Shown in pieces: positions 1-13,660 of a stretch of 64,000 nucleotides of DNA. Below the pieces are notes generated by a model. The model was not told where the DNA came from and did no database searches. It saw only the letters and a program-made list of their open reading frames with translations. Origin of the DNA: Paragordius varius (lineage: Eukaryota; Animalia; Nematomorpha); the NCBI GenBank assembly GCA_964247055.1, contig OZ176055.1:1364001-1428000 (forward strand), written 5' to 3'. The number at the start of each line of letters is the position of its first letter. Positions within the stretch are counted from its first letter, which is position 1. A program made the position numbers and the translations under genes.

Positions 1-1966
1 AGTTTCAGAGATAATTATTCTTAAAAATTTGCAATAAATAAAGGAAAGATAAAATAAAAACATAATTAATAAAAAGAATGTTTTTAATTTTTCTTATACG
101 TTTATGCATAGGCTCAAATATTGTTTACTCGAAAATCATTCGTGATCCCTTTTTAAAGAAAAGAATGACATTATACAAATCCCCAGAAATGTGATTAACT
201 GAACTCGTATGGCTTCTTAAGTTTTTTGAAAATTAGCTCCAAAATCACGCCATTTTTGTATGGCGTCTCATTTAAACCGGTAGACCCCTATCCACAGGCC
301 TATATGGAAAAAAGAGCTAAGTTAAATTTTTTGCCTTTATAGGGGATATGTTTGGAATCATCTTTGAGACCATCGTCTCATGTGTTATTCGAAAAAACAA
401 AACTAAATAATCCTAATATGATGGCGTATTTTTAGGGCATAAAAGCCCCAAATTAACGGCTAATTAAGAAAAGCTCGACCTTAATTTTTATCTAGTCACG
501 GGTAATATTTCCGTCTTTTAATGAGCTCATATGACTTCATAATTTTCTAGCTCCATTTTTATATAGTGGCGCAGTTTTTGGCGGGTAGCTCCCTACCCAG
601 GGGCAGGTATAAAAAAGCGTGGGGCAAAATTTTTGCCCTTATATGGGGAATATCTGGAATTATCATGGATTCCATATGTTCCTATAAATTCTTGGAAATA
701 TTGCTTCAAAACCAATAAGTTGTTCTATGGCGGCACATTTTTCAGGGCGTAAAACTTTACTTAACGACTCATTAAAACAACGCCCCCATACTAAAATATT
801 TGTTTTTAAGGGGTATAAAATAATTTGAGCCCTTATTGAAATCAAGTCTCATGTTTTTTGAAAGTGGCTCCAAAGGATGCTGTATCGATACGGTGACCCA
901 GTTTTACGCGGGTAGCCTTCTAACCAGGCGCGAAACAAATAATTCGGGTAATACCTGGAATCATGATTGATCCCATATCGTGAAATTTTCGAAAAATTAC
1001 TCAAAACCAAAAAGTCATTCTATGGTGGCGTATTTTTCAGCTCAAAAACCTAATTAAGGATGTAATTTAATAAAACAGCTCACCTTAAATTTTGCTTTTT
1101 TCCGGGTAATACTCAAACCCTTATTGAACTCATATGGCCTGATAAGTTGCCAAGTCACGCTGTGTCGATAAGATGGCGCAGTTGTAGGCGGGTAGCCTCC
1201 TAGCCTGAGGCCAATATAAAAAAGACGTTCTATAAAAAAAATTTGCCTTTATAGGGACCTGGAATCATGATTGATTCCTTAGCTCTAATTACTAAAAAAA
1301 CATTCTATTGTGGCGCATTTTTCAGGGGGTGAAGGGCCTTAACGGCTAATTTTAAAAAACCCACGGCCTAAATTTTTGCCTTATTACGAGTAATATTATA
1401 AGCACTATTGAACTCTAATGGCTTGATTGATTTTATGGAATTTAGCCCCAACGGCACACTATTTCGTGACAGGGCAGTTTTTAGCGGGTATCTCCTTACC
1501 CAGCAGCCAATATAAAAAAACGCACGACAAATTTTTTTCCTTTTAACAGGAAATGCCTAGAATCCATTGGATTTTTACGGTATCATACCCTTGACCAAAA
1601 ATAGATTCAAAAAATTATTTTTGTGAACTTTTTTGAAAAAATGGCATTCTACCGGGGGAATGGGTAAAAAGAGGGTTTAAATTAAAAGGCGAACTGACTA
1701 TGTTAATTAGATTTGAAATCGAATGGTCTAACACGTTTTCCGGAAAATTATCTCAAAGACACAATTTTTGTCGACTTTGTTTTCAAAAAAACCGTTTTTC
1801 ACACGGGGTAGGCTCGAACTTGGGGCTTAATTTAACATAAGGCTTAGCTATCGTCGGGGAATTCATTAATGATTATATTTTTTCGGCATTTGGATTTGAA
1901 TGGGTCTACAGGTTTTCCGAAAACAGATCACAAAGCCACCACTTTCCATTTTTATAAATATATAGA
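1..1966 (-). mobile_element. Non-autonomous Helitron-like element, copy 1 (3' hairpin end just outside the window)
   Basis: On the minus strand it starts A|TCTATATATTTATAAAAATGGAAAGTGGTGGCTTTGTGAT at 1966 and contains ~310-bp subrepeats. Bases 1-14 (reverse complement TTATCTCTGAAACT) match the sequence just upstream of the 3' hairpin seen in other copies. Confidence 0.75.
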
Positions 1967-3885
1967 TTACTTTTTCCAGCAAAAAGACAATAAAAAGCTA
2001 TCACAAGATCATAAAAGCCAGCACAATAAAAACCTAAACCATTAAGATCCATATTTACCCATACCCCCTTCCAAAAATTTTTTTATAATGAATATCATTA
2101 ATATTTTTGGCATAGGAGGGAAATATTCAGCAGTATTTTACCTTCAAGGTCGGCATAATTTGTTACAAAATGTTAAAGAGGCGTGGTGTCGCATAAATTT
2201 GCATTTTATGGATGTAGCTACTATTTGACACTGGTAAAAATGCATTGCATTTTCTATATTATTAATAAATTTATTTTACCTAAATAAAGTTATTTTTAGA
2301 GGCTGTTTTATCCACGGGTATCATATTAAATTATTTAAAATATATTAGTTTCAATAATCAATATAACATAATCGTAGCTTCAAAACTCATTATATAAATT
2401 GTACTTAGCATTATTCGATTTCAAAATTTTTACAGAAAATTATTTACTGCACCTCAATTTTTTAATAATGTTTCTTTCAATGAAATCTAGATATTTGACA
2501 AAATCTGTTTGTTACATAAATTATATAAAGTTTTGGTCAAGTAATAATAGTTTATTTGTTTTGGACCATTCTCGTTTCTTATAATTTTGAGAATAAAATT
2601 GGTACCAATATATTTATTGCAAGCCTAATTTGTAAGGTAAAAACAGCACTTCGGTTAATCGGAAAATTCCGACAAAGAACATTACTTTAAATCAATTGAA
2701 AAGATTTCTGGTTATTGGCTTACACGGGGTTTATATTTAAAATTGTAAGATGTCGATTTTAAGCTTTTTTAATATTGAATTTACATGCTTAATAACACAT
2801 GTAAACAATTTTAGAGTGTTTTCAATCCCATTTGAATTACTTTTAAGGAGTCTTTGTATATTTAAATTAAAAAATAACCATTATCAGTGTATTTAAATTT
2901 AGAAAGCACCATACATGGCAAACGTATGATATGACCCCCTATGCTCTCGTATTTGTAAAAATGATCATTTTTATTGAGAAATTGCATTGTTAAATTGGTT
3001 ATTAATAAAAACGGTTACAATCGCGTTCATGATAAAAGTCAGACAAAATTCAGCATTTTCCTTCTCAATACACTTATGATCCTTAAACTAAACTAGAACG
3101 ATCCATGCTATATGCTAGAAAAAAATCAGCCCTCCATCAATCGTTTGTGATTCGCCACCAATATTTTTTGCGTAATTTTAATTTATGTTTTCGATTCCTT
3201 TAGATTTGTATAGCCATAAAATTTTAGGCACATTCAAATAAATTAACAAAACAATTTTATGGTTTTTTATTCGTCTATTTAATTCCGTTGTAGATATATT
3301 TAAATATATGCAAATTACGAGAAACACATGTTTTCACGGATTATAAAACATGATAACGAAAATAAAAATAAAATTTATTTATTCCATAGTAGTTAGCCAG
3401 TCAAATTAAGAGTGGCTTGAGTATTCTCATATAGCTTTCATCCATACCTCAATTAAGCTTGTTGTGGCCATCTTAAGACCGTTATAACAAAACAATAAAC
3501 AAAACGCCACTGAAAAAAAATGAATGAGAAATAAGCATAAAGTACACTCAAATTTTATACTTTACGGCTATTTAAATGTAATTTTGTCTTAAAAAAACCA
3601 TCATCTATCTATCTATTTCTTTTTTTACGACACACATAAAAAAAAACCAGACCAGTAAATTAAAATTGAATAAAAAATAACCGTTTTGAGACTTGGATCA
3701 TCTTCTCTCTTTATATATAAAAATTCCCTCTCGTTTTGTATGCAATTAAATTTTTTTATTGAATCACGTAGCCATTATCGGTATAAAAAGCAAGCTTGCT
3801 AAATTGATTACAACAATAACTTTCAATTATTCTCTTGTCAAAAAAATCCTTACAAGTTTTTTTTCTTCAAAATTATCCAAAAACG

Positions 3886-6636
3886 ATGAAATCTTCCGCA
3901 ACAAATTCTTTTGGGACGGCAACCTCGACTCCAGTTACAGAAAATCCACTGGCTAAAGGAGAAAATGGTTTTTTTTATATTTTAATCATCAACTTAGTTT
4001 CAATAAAATTTTACATGAATTTTTAATGTTTCGAAATTAGTTTTTTTTTATTAAAATAAAATTAACTATCTAGCACTGTTGAGTAAACCGAATGCCTTAT
4101 TTACAATATAATTTGATACCATACAATATACATATTATATTTTTATTTCAAACATAATTTTTCTTTAATATTTGATGGTTTTATATATAACATATAACGG
4201 TAGCTTATGAGTTTATATAATAGGGAGAGTTTATTGACTTTTTATTTATTTTTTTTTCATACAAATGTATGAGAATAAAACCTTTAAAACACACATATTA
4301 TATATCTAATTTTTATTTGTTATTAATTAATATATTTTTTTAACCTAAACCCATACTTTTTATCCGTGCGGATTTAGTATACATGAACGAACTATCCGCT
4401 TTTGAGAAAAGAGTGTTCACTTGGTTTGGAAATAGTCAATTTAAGACTCCTGGAACCACTAAAATTCCGTAAAATATTATGCTGCTTTTAAAATTTCCTT
4501 ATTATTGATATATAACACCTTTTTTATACGTATAATCACAGGTAATATTAAATTTTCGTAAATTCACAGGTAATATCAAATTTTAACAATTTAACATCAA
4601 CTTGTATTATAATTTGCATGTTTTACAAAAGTTAAGGTTTATTAGATTTAAAGTTCATGTACCTTTTGTTTTATTATTGAGTTAACTTTTTATTTTATCA
4701 TTTTTATTTGAAGTTTCGGCTGTACCGCTCATAACTGTGGTTAATTTTTTTTTCAGATCAGAGCTATTTGAAAAATATTTTTTTCTAATATTTAAGAGTG
4801 TCATATTTTCAAGTATAAATTAAACAGCAGGGAAAATTCAAAATACTAAATCTCTAGAGTCTTTGAGAGATATATCGGTATGATAACAGTAATTTATATA
4901 TAACGTTATTTACGTTTTTATAATTTAAAAAATTTGGCAAAAACAGTGAATATAAAATAGAATAAAATATTACAATCTGTCTGGTATGAAAATTAGACTG
5001 TTATGTCTTTTCTTTAAAAAGATGCGTTGAGAATATTTTTGAAGGACTATTCTCTTGAGAATTCAAAATAACATCGGCTCATTTTACTTTGTCGATTCGA
5101 AAAAATGCTAATTTGTGTAGTCGAAAAATTTAAATTTTCAATAAGCTATTTAATGATTTTAATGATTTCAAAAATTAAGCATTTGTTATCTTTAAAGACT
5201 TGAGAGTTATGACTGGAAAGTTTTTATTATAGATAATTATTACACATTGATGGTTTATTTGAAATAATATATGCAAAAATGTAAAATACCGCCTCTTGTG
5301 CCTAGACTATAATTTACGACATTACTGACTTTAAATGAATTTTTTGCTTACATATTTATATAAACCTTTCGATTGTATGTCCGATATCTGAAAAGTTTAA
5401 CATTTCATGACTTATTGGGGCAGTATTATATCCTAGAGCGATTTAATATAATATTAAAATATTTAAGGTATTAGGCCGAATCTAACATTCCCTTACCTTT
5501 TATGGAGTTTTATAAATATGTTTATTTTAGTCTTTTAGTCACTTTATACAAAGTAAATTTTAAAAACCCATCTCAAACTTTTTCACCGCCATTTTTTTTC
5601 TATTTACTTTTTTAAATCGGTAATAAAATAGGCCGCAAATAAATGTATAATATGGTTATAATGTAAATAAATAACTTTAGTAAGCTTTTAGGCTGCATTT
5701 TACCAGCTAAACTTGATTTTTATTGATTCTAAAATCAGCTGTTATATACGTGTTTTGAAGGCGCCTGTAGTCGCAAATATAAGCTTTTTAATCTAATACA
5801 GGAGAACAATATTTGATACTCAAATTACCAAAACTTTCAAACCTGCATCTAGAAATTGAACTCAGGGACATAAAACTAACCCAATACGTCATCGCTAAAA
5901 AAATTTCAAAGGACATGAAGTGGTTAAATAAAATTGGCATCGAAATAAATTGTTATAAAGAAACGTTTTTCGCCAATAAATGTATTGGAAGCTTTTGTAT
6001 GATTATATTTTTATTTACACTCTATTGCAAATCGCGATGACATTTTAGGGTAGTTTTATGCCCCAAAGGTTAAATCGGTGAAAATTAATTTTAGAACACA
6101 CTTCTGCACTATTATATAAAATAACTTGGAAATATTATAGTTTTTTTAACTTCCATAGTCCCGATTCCGGATAGCTCCAAAACAGGAAAGAAGCAGGCAG
6201 CTGATATTAAAAGCAATAAATATCAAAAATTTGCTGGTAAATTGCAATCTGAATGCTTTCCATAGTTAATTATTTATTACCTTAATTCATATTTATTTGC
6301 CTGGCCTGTTGTATTCATGTAAAAAAATGAAAAATGAGGTCATGTTAAGAAAGCATAAATTTAATTTGTGACCACCCACCCTTTTCACTAATTTAATGTC
6401 CAATTTAAAGTTGACAGGGGCTGCAGATATCTTTCGAAGATATGTGTTAGAAAATTTATCGTTTTACTTTATTGGATTAAAATTTTTTATTTTTGTTTTT
6501 TTGATTGCATTTTAGACTCATTATGTTGGACAAAGCTAAAAGCAAATTCTGGATTACGATCAACATGGGAGCTATTTTGGCAAGTTCACTTTTCATAGTG
6601 GGCTACGCTTATAAATACAAGAAGGAAGATAATTGA
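3886..6636 (+). CDS. FAM162: FAM162 (UPF0389)-like small membrane protein, ~97 aa, 3 exons; start uncertain
   Basis: Exons 3886-3967, 4378-4468 and 6516-6636 have matching phases (1, 2). Translation ...LSAFEKRVFTWFGNSQFKTPGTTKIP|LIMLDKAKSKFWITINMGAILASSLFIVGYAYKYKKEDN* resembles the recalled FAM162 core (xKKILxWxGxFK..IP...EMLDxAKNK followed by a TM helix). Confidence 0.6.
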
Positions 6637-7467
6637 AATCTTTATTTTATTTTATTTTCCAAATTCAAATCCAAAAAACCAATTAATTTAATTTTTGCTA
6701 ATGAAACAACAAAACAAAATATAAAATTGGAAAAAAAGATATATTAAAAAATTTAAATCATGTGGTTTCATATCATTCTGCACTTTGTTTGTCATTTAAA
6801 ATTTATTATCTTTTAGTTTTTTTAGAGAGATATAGATTAACTCAAACATTACATTAAAATAAAAGCACAAATTAAATAGTGAAAAAAATTATAAAAAAGC
6901 TTTTAATTTAATTAATTAATTTTCATTGTGTTCTTACAGTGTTTTTTTTTCATATATATAAAAAATGACAAATTGAGCCAATTTTGCCATAAAAATTTTA
7001 CATTTAAAGTCTGTTCTAATATATATAAAGATATAACTGCTATAAATTCAGATAGTTTAATAGAGATATATTTATTTAGAATATATACTGTATCAAATTG
7101 TTTAAACATTAATATATAATTAATTACATTTTGTGATGATCTTCCAATAACAATATCCTCTTATCTCTAATCTTATAGATCATAATAATAATAAATTTAT
7201 TTTGTCATTTTTCGATTTAAATTTTTTTAGTTATTTATTAACAAAGTAAAGGTAAATGTTCATTTTGCGACAACTATTTTTATATTCTATGAAAATATTG
7301 GCACCTCTCTCGCTCGACAAAAGGCATATAGGATGGCCTTGAAAATAATAAATTTACCTATATGTATAAATATTATTAAATTATCAATATGTTTTGATTT
7401 TACGTAATTAAATTATAAATGTGGCAAGATATTATTTATTTTATAAATGTGAGGGGATAAATAAATA

Positions 7468-7626
7468 CAGTGGCGTATGGCATAAAGCAATATTAGTCCA
7501 TATAAGAATGATTTTTTTTCAAAAAACCTAGTTGTATACTCACATATCCATAATATCCCCTTGTTTTTAAATAAAACCTTTTTTATGCTTTTATTGACTA
7601 ATATTTTTTTATGCCATACGCTACTG
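7468..7626. mobile_element. Tc1/mariner-type MITE, 159 bp
   Basis: Terminal inverted repeats CAGTGGCGTATGGCATAAA / TTTATGCCATACGCTACTG extend imperfectly to ~35 bp and are flanked by TA on both sides. Confidence 0.75.
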
Positions 7627-8902
7627 TAAATACAGTAACGAAGCTCTTATTGGTATTGTTAGTTTTAAAATTGGCTAAAAGTATATTTAAATAACATGTC
7701 TGTTGAAATGTATGAGATTTTTCATTTATTAGTTACATATTTAATTACAAACTGTATTTTTCCACAATTTTCAAATATGTAACTATTAAAAAGGAAAAAT
7801 TACATAGTACTTGAGCAGACGTATAATTTTAAAATTCGTTTGACCCATAACTGATTTGACCAAATAGCTCCAGTTATTGCATTGTACTAATTTCGAAAAA
7901 CTGGCAAAAATTCTATGTAATATTTTCTCACACATGAAAGGACAAAAATTACGTTTTCTAAATAATGTAATCAGTTAAAAACTTAATGGTAAATTCCATA
8001 TTTAAAAAAAATAATGCGATTCCTAGGCTTTTGTTGTCATATAAAGTGTCATTTTTTGAGTTTTACCATTCAAATTATTTGGTTTACTACCCTAAGATAT
8101 GTACACCCCAAAAAAGACAAAAAAAATTATACCTCTTATATATTTTTGTGGCTAGAGTTGGGTATGAGACCGTGGATAAAAACTTGAAAATCAAGACTCT
8201 AACTGTGACATCGTAAAAACCAGTTTAGACATCAATATTTACTCCATAAAAACCAGGGCCAAAAATTACTGATAATCAGTTGTCTGACTCGTGCATTTTA
8301 CTTTTTCACACCCTGTTTTTGCGGATAATGAACTAGCGTTGTTAATTGCGAACCGCGTAAATTTAATTAATAATTTAAATCACTCCCAAACGCAGCCCAC
8401 CTTTAGAAACAGCTAAATATATTACCATATGGCACAACACATTTATAATTGCAATTATAATTCAGCTAAAATTATATGAATTTATTGGGTCAATATTCGA
8501 TTACTTTTATAATCTTTGTCAAACGTAAAAAATAAAATTAAAATATAAACTAAAAGTAAAAATATTTACTGAGATATGAAACTACAGTCATTTATACTCT
8601 ATTTTATCAAAAATTTACTTTTTTTCGTTAAATGGTAAAAATATTTGGTAAAGAATGGAAAAACAAGAGCTCTATGTTATTAACCATATCATATTCAAAG
8701 TAAAAAAAATGTGGGGAAATGGCGTCGGAAATCTTTGGTAAAAAAATGAAAATCTTAAAAGATTGTCAAAGGTGAATGGTAATATTTCTGTTAATTTTTT
8801 TAACAAAATTTTATTACTATTTTTTCGAATTTTTTTTTATTTAAAACAAAACTAAACCACGTAAATTTTATTTTTAATAGGCGAAAAAAATATTTATTAT
8901 AA

Positions 8903-10530
8903 TCTATCTATATATTTTTAAAAATGGAGAGTGGTGGCTTTGTGATCTGTTTACGGAAAACCGATAGACCCATTCAAATCCAAATGTCGAAAAAATGCAA
9001 TCATTAATGAATGCCCCGACAATAGCTTCGCCCTTTTTTGAATTAGGGCCCCAGTTCGGGCCCATCCCGTGTAAAAAACGGGTTTTTAAAAATCGTGTCT
9101 TTGAGACAATTTTCTGGAAAACGTGTTGGACCATTCAATTTCAAATATAATACTTATTTTCAATTGCGCCGAACATAGGCGGCTCACTTTTTTAACTTAG
9201 GCCCTCTTTGGCCGCTACCCCCAGAAAATTTTTTTCAAAAAATTAAGTCCACAAAAATAATTTTTTGAATCTATTTTTCGCCACCGTAAAAATTTAATAA
9301 GGATTCCTCCCTGTTAAAAGGCAAAACTTTAGTCGTGCGTTTCTTTTATATTGGCTGTCGGGTAAGGAGCTACCCGCTAAAAACTGATCCGTTATGTCGT
9401 AATATCGTACCCTTGGGGCTAAATTTAAGAAAACCTATCAGACCATATGAGTTCAATCCGTGCTTAAAAAATTACCCGTAACAAGGCAAAAATATAGCTC
9501 GCACGGTTTTTTAAATTAGCCGTTAATTAGGCCCTTCACGCCCTAAAAAATGCGCCACCATAGAATGATTTTTAATTTTGGGGCAATTAAAACTAAGGAT
9601 AGCATATAGAATAAATCATGATTCCAGATTTTCTCCGTGAATAAAAATTAAATTAAGCGCTTTTTTGCATCAATTTCTGGGTAGGGCTTTACTCGCCTAA
9701 AACTGCGGCACTATATCGAAGTTCCGTTGTTTAGAAGTTTTTTTCAGAAAACTTATCAGGTCACATAAGTTTTATACGGGCCTGAAATATTACCTGTGAA
9801 AAGGCAAAAATTTAAATCGAGTGGTTTTTTAATATTAGCCATTAATTAGGCCCTTTGCATCCTAAAAATGCGCTATCATTGAACTATTTAATAGTTTTGA
9901 AGCTTTTCTTCCAAAAACTATTAATAACATATGAAATGAATGATGATTTTCCCTCTAAGGCAAAAATTTTATCGAACGTCTTTTTTATATAGGTTTCTGG
10001 CTGGGAGATACCCGCCAACAACTGCGTCACCATATCGATGCAGCACAGAAAACCTAGGACTAATAGGAATATAAGAAATCCATGATTTCCAGACATTGCC
10101 CATATTAAGGCAAAAATTTTGCCCAACGCTTTTTTATACCCCTGGGTAAAGAGCTACCCGCCAAAAACTGTGCACTGTATATCAATTGCGTTGTTTGGAG
10201 CTAATTTGTTGTAATTTTATGAAGCCATATGAGCTCATTAAAAGCTTGAAATATTACCCATAACTAGGAAAAGAAGGTCAGGTTTTTTTTATAAGCTGTT
10301 AATTTGGGACCCTTATGACCTAAAACGCCATCAATCACGATTATCTAGTGTTTAAGTATTTTTTCGCATAACCCATGAGACGATGGTATCAAAGATAATT
10401 CCAAATATTCCTATAAAGGCAAAGAATTTAACTGCTTTTTCCATATAGGTCTATGGGTAGGGGTCTATCGGTAAGACGCCATAAAAAATGGCTTAGTTTT
10501 GGACCTAATTTTCATAAAACTTAAGAAGTC
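8903..10530 (+). mobile_element. Helitron-like element, copy 2 (3'-truncated)
   Basis: A|TCTAT...ATTTTTAAAAATGGAGAGTGGTGGCTTTGTGATC 5' end and the same subrepeats as the other copies. Similarity stops at ~10530. Confidence 0.7.
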
Positions 10531-10769
10531 ATACCTGATGTCAAAAATAAAGGTTTTTTGCACGTTTCACCCAATAATTGCCTATGTTTTTTTCTACTAA
10601 TATCATTGCGGAATAAATATAATTTGTGTTAACATTGTTAAAATTTGGTGTGGTTGGGCCTTTATACTATTAAACGCGCTCAACAAAAAGATATCACAAT
10701 GAATAAAACAAAATTATAACGATGTAATCAATTGTATATATAAGGGAAATCCAAACTGAATGCGTTTCA

Positions 10770-11310
10770 TCCTAAAATGCTCTATTTTGGAAAATTTAAA
10801 AAACAATTATATGAATATACCAGTTTACCACTATTAAATCCTATATGTTTTTTTCTATGATCATTGTTTTAAAAAAGGCAAGATATCATCTCTGATACTT
10901 ATAATAAATGATTAAAATTGTTTTCATTCTGCAACCTTAGTTTTTTTTGAGCAACAACAATCGAAACTCTTTTCGAAAAAACATAATAATTTTGAAAAGA
11001 TTTTGTGTTTCTTTCGTCGTACAATCTTTTGATTCTGCAAATTGTTCCCAGAATATAGTGCATCTTGGTTTTTTTTCATAATGAAATTTAATTTGTGAAA
11101 AAAACATTCAATAGGATTGAGTTGGGGCAAATTAGGTGATAAATATATTGTTTCTTAAATTACCCAAAATAGAACATTTATGAATGGGTGCGTTGTCGCA
11201 AATGACAAACGCATCTTGTGGTAACATAGCCAAAGACTTCTTAAAAAATGGCTTAAAAGTCTCGCCATTAAACGCCGCTCCCTGTTTGATGTTATAATTA
11301 ACAATACTGC
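10770..11310 (-). pseudogene. Decayed IS630/Tc1-family DDE transposase fragment (-), with a second short (+) copy at ~10770-10880
   Basis: Minus-strand translation across a frameshift gives ...GAAFNGETFKPF...FVICDNAPIHK... and ...LSPNLPQLNPIECFF, matching the DNAxxH and PxYSPxLNPIE motifs of IS630/Tc1. Confidence 0.7.
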
Positions 11311-12959
11311 CTGGGGCGCTGAAAACGTTATGATGTTACACCATATAATCTAAAGATAATCATGGGACATGGCTAATAAATATTGAATATGAGTAAACTT
11401 ATTCTTATAAAATATTTTATAAAACAGTAAAAATTGAGAATATTCAGACAAAATATAAAAACCAAACGACAAATATATTTTTAAAATGATAACCATACTT
11501 CTATAAACTTAAAATCAATGAGAAATTTTTAAATGTATAATTGAGTCTGTTACCATTTTTGCATTTATATTCCTTATTTTACATTCGAAATGATGTAAAA
11601 CAGGTTTAAATATATGGTTTTATTTAAGAAAAATTTTTTTTCGATTTGTCTGTCAAATTTTAAACTGTAAGCTTACTGATAATTAAACATTCCTAACTTT
11701 AATTCTAATCTTATTTATATTTAGAAACACCATACGCCTCGAATGTTATGATAAGATCCCTAACAGTAGCAAGTTATGATAAAATTAACAAATTAACCGA
11801 ATATTTATCCTCATTTAATGTCAAAATCATGATAAACCATAAAGATGAACCCAAAGACTACAACAATAATACCATAAATCAACAAAATGATTTGATTTCA
11901 TTTGAATAAATTGTTATCTATATAGATACGTTCGATTAATTAATTAGAATAAAATTTTAAACTAACGACTGAATATTTTTTAATCATAAAAAAATATAAT
12001 GGTTAGAATGGGAAAACTTAGATTTGGGTAAAAATTGTAGAAATAAAAATGTTTTTTACCATGTAAAGACGCGCAAACAACGCATTTTAAATTGAATTAA
12101 CTATGTAGATATAAAACTAACCAGAAGTTATAGATAGGACTTTTATGTATTATTGGCATTTTGTGATCATATAATTAGGTTTATAAATCTTTGTTGGATC
12201 AATAGTTTATAGGTAATCGCTCAGAAGGGTTAACATAGAACTCGTTTTTTCGATTTTATGTTCGGATTTTTCTACGCTCTCCTTTTTGCGACTTAAAATT
12301 GACAAAATTTTTGATACATATTTTGGTAATAATTTTTTATGCACCCCTGCATAAAATTATATTAGATGAGAAAAATTGTTTTGTTTAAATTGGTATTGTA
12401 GGTTTTACGCTTTGATTTATTTACAGGCTTTATCAGCTATCCTAATTGATATTATGGCTATTTCAACAAATGTTGTTGTGGAAATACTTCATGTCAAAAA
12501 TTAAAACCCTAAATTTTTTGGCAGCTTAAATTTTAAACATAAGATTTAAACTACTATTAATTTTAACATTTTTTGCTAGTTCATTATTGAGAAAGATTCA
12601 TTCAGAAAACTTGTTTATTAATGATGTATTTGAAATATTCGGCCAAATATTTTGGAGGGCCTCGTGTTGGCCACCCCCGGTCTAGTTATATTCAGTAACT
12701 CTAAATATACTGTTTAGAGTATCTTTTTTTTCTTTGTTTAAAGGGTAATGACTCAAATTGTATCCAAGGCTTTAACACTCGCTTTCCCATGGCTGACAGT
12801 GATGATGGAAAAATTGCGCAATTTCGGGCTTCCAAAGTTTGATAGTCCGGCGCGGTTACCTACTATACCCTAAAACCAAATATGAATCGGTAATTTTTAT
12901 ATGTCATCTTTGACACTTGTCCCTAGGGTTGTGCATTTGACTGCCTTCTCAAAAAAGTC

Positions 12960-13215
12960 CGGTCAGACCCAGTCAATATACCCTTGGACAAAATATATTA
13001 TTTAGATATGTCATGGTTTTGATTGAGAGTAAAAATTCGGTAAGGCACCGTCAGGACAGGCACCAATCGTAAAGGGCTTTCATAAAGGTATATCTTTATT
13101 ATTAGAAAACGTCTCTTTGTTCTGTATGATTGGCACATAGAGTGTTGTTAATTATAGCATTAAACAGGTAGCGTTTAATGGCGAGACTTTTAAGCCATTT
13201 TTGGAGGAGTCTTTT
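12960..13215 (+). pseudogene. IS630/Tc1 transposase fragment (first-Asp region) in the spacer of the inverted duplication
   Basis: Reads ...KIYYLDMSWF... then APSGQAPIVKG...VNYSIKQVAFNGETFKPFLEES with stops. 13150-13210 is a near reverse complement of 11240-11300. Confidence 0.6.
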
Positions 13216-13539
13216 TAAAGATTTATATATTATAAAGTATATCTATGAAAGCACGCCATCTTTTTATTACAGTATACAGCGGGGATAGTATATAGTTTAA
13301 TCTTTTAAATGTAATGCAAATGTGGTCCACAATCGAACCGCAATAGAAGAAACGTTTAAATTAGCTATTTGATTTAAGTTGGTATTTTCAATTTCCAATT
13401 TTTACTTTCTCCCTGGAAATATTTATATAACTGAAGTTTTACCAAACTTACAGTGAAATTTGCTTATTGCGTGGATTTCTAAATAGGGACACATGTCAAA
13501 GATGACATATAAAAATTACCGATTCGTATTTGGTTTTAA

Positions 13540-13660
13540 GGTATAACAGGTAGAGCGCCGGACTCTCAAACTTTCGAAGCCCGAAGCTGCGCAAATTTTC
13601 CATCATCACTGTCAGCCCTGGGAAGGCGAGTGTTAAAGCCTTCACAAGTCTGGAATTTAA
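13540..13660 (+). mobile_element. tRNA-derived SINE-like copy (mirror copy at ~12750-12870, -)
   Basis: Shares GCCGGACTCT...CGAAGCCCGAA...TTTTCCATCATCACTGTCAGCCCTGGG.AGGCGAGTGTT with the 56.9-kb copy. Confidence 0.55.

Noticed and set aside
6169-6236. Exon-like GC-richer segment with AG/GT ends inside the FAM162 intron
   Set aside because: The phase needed for inclusion (2) gives a stop; no support.
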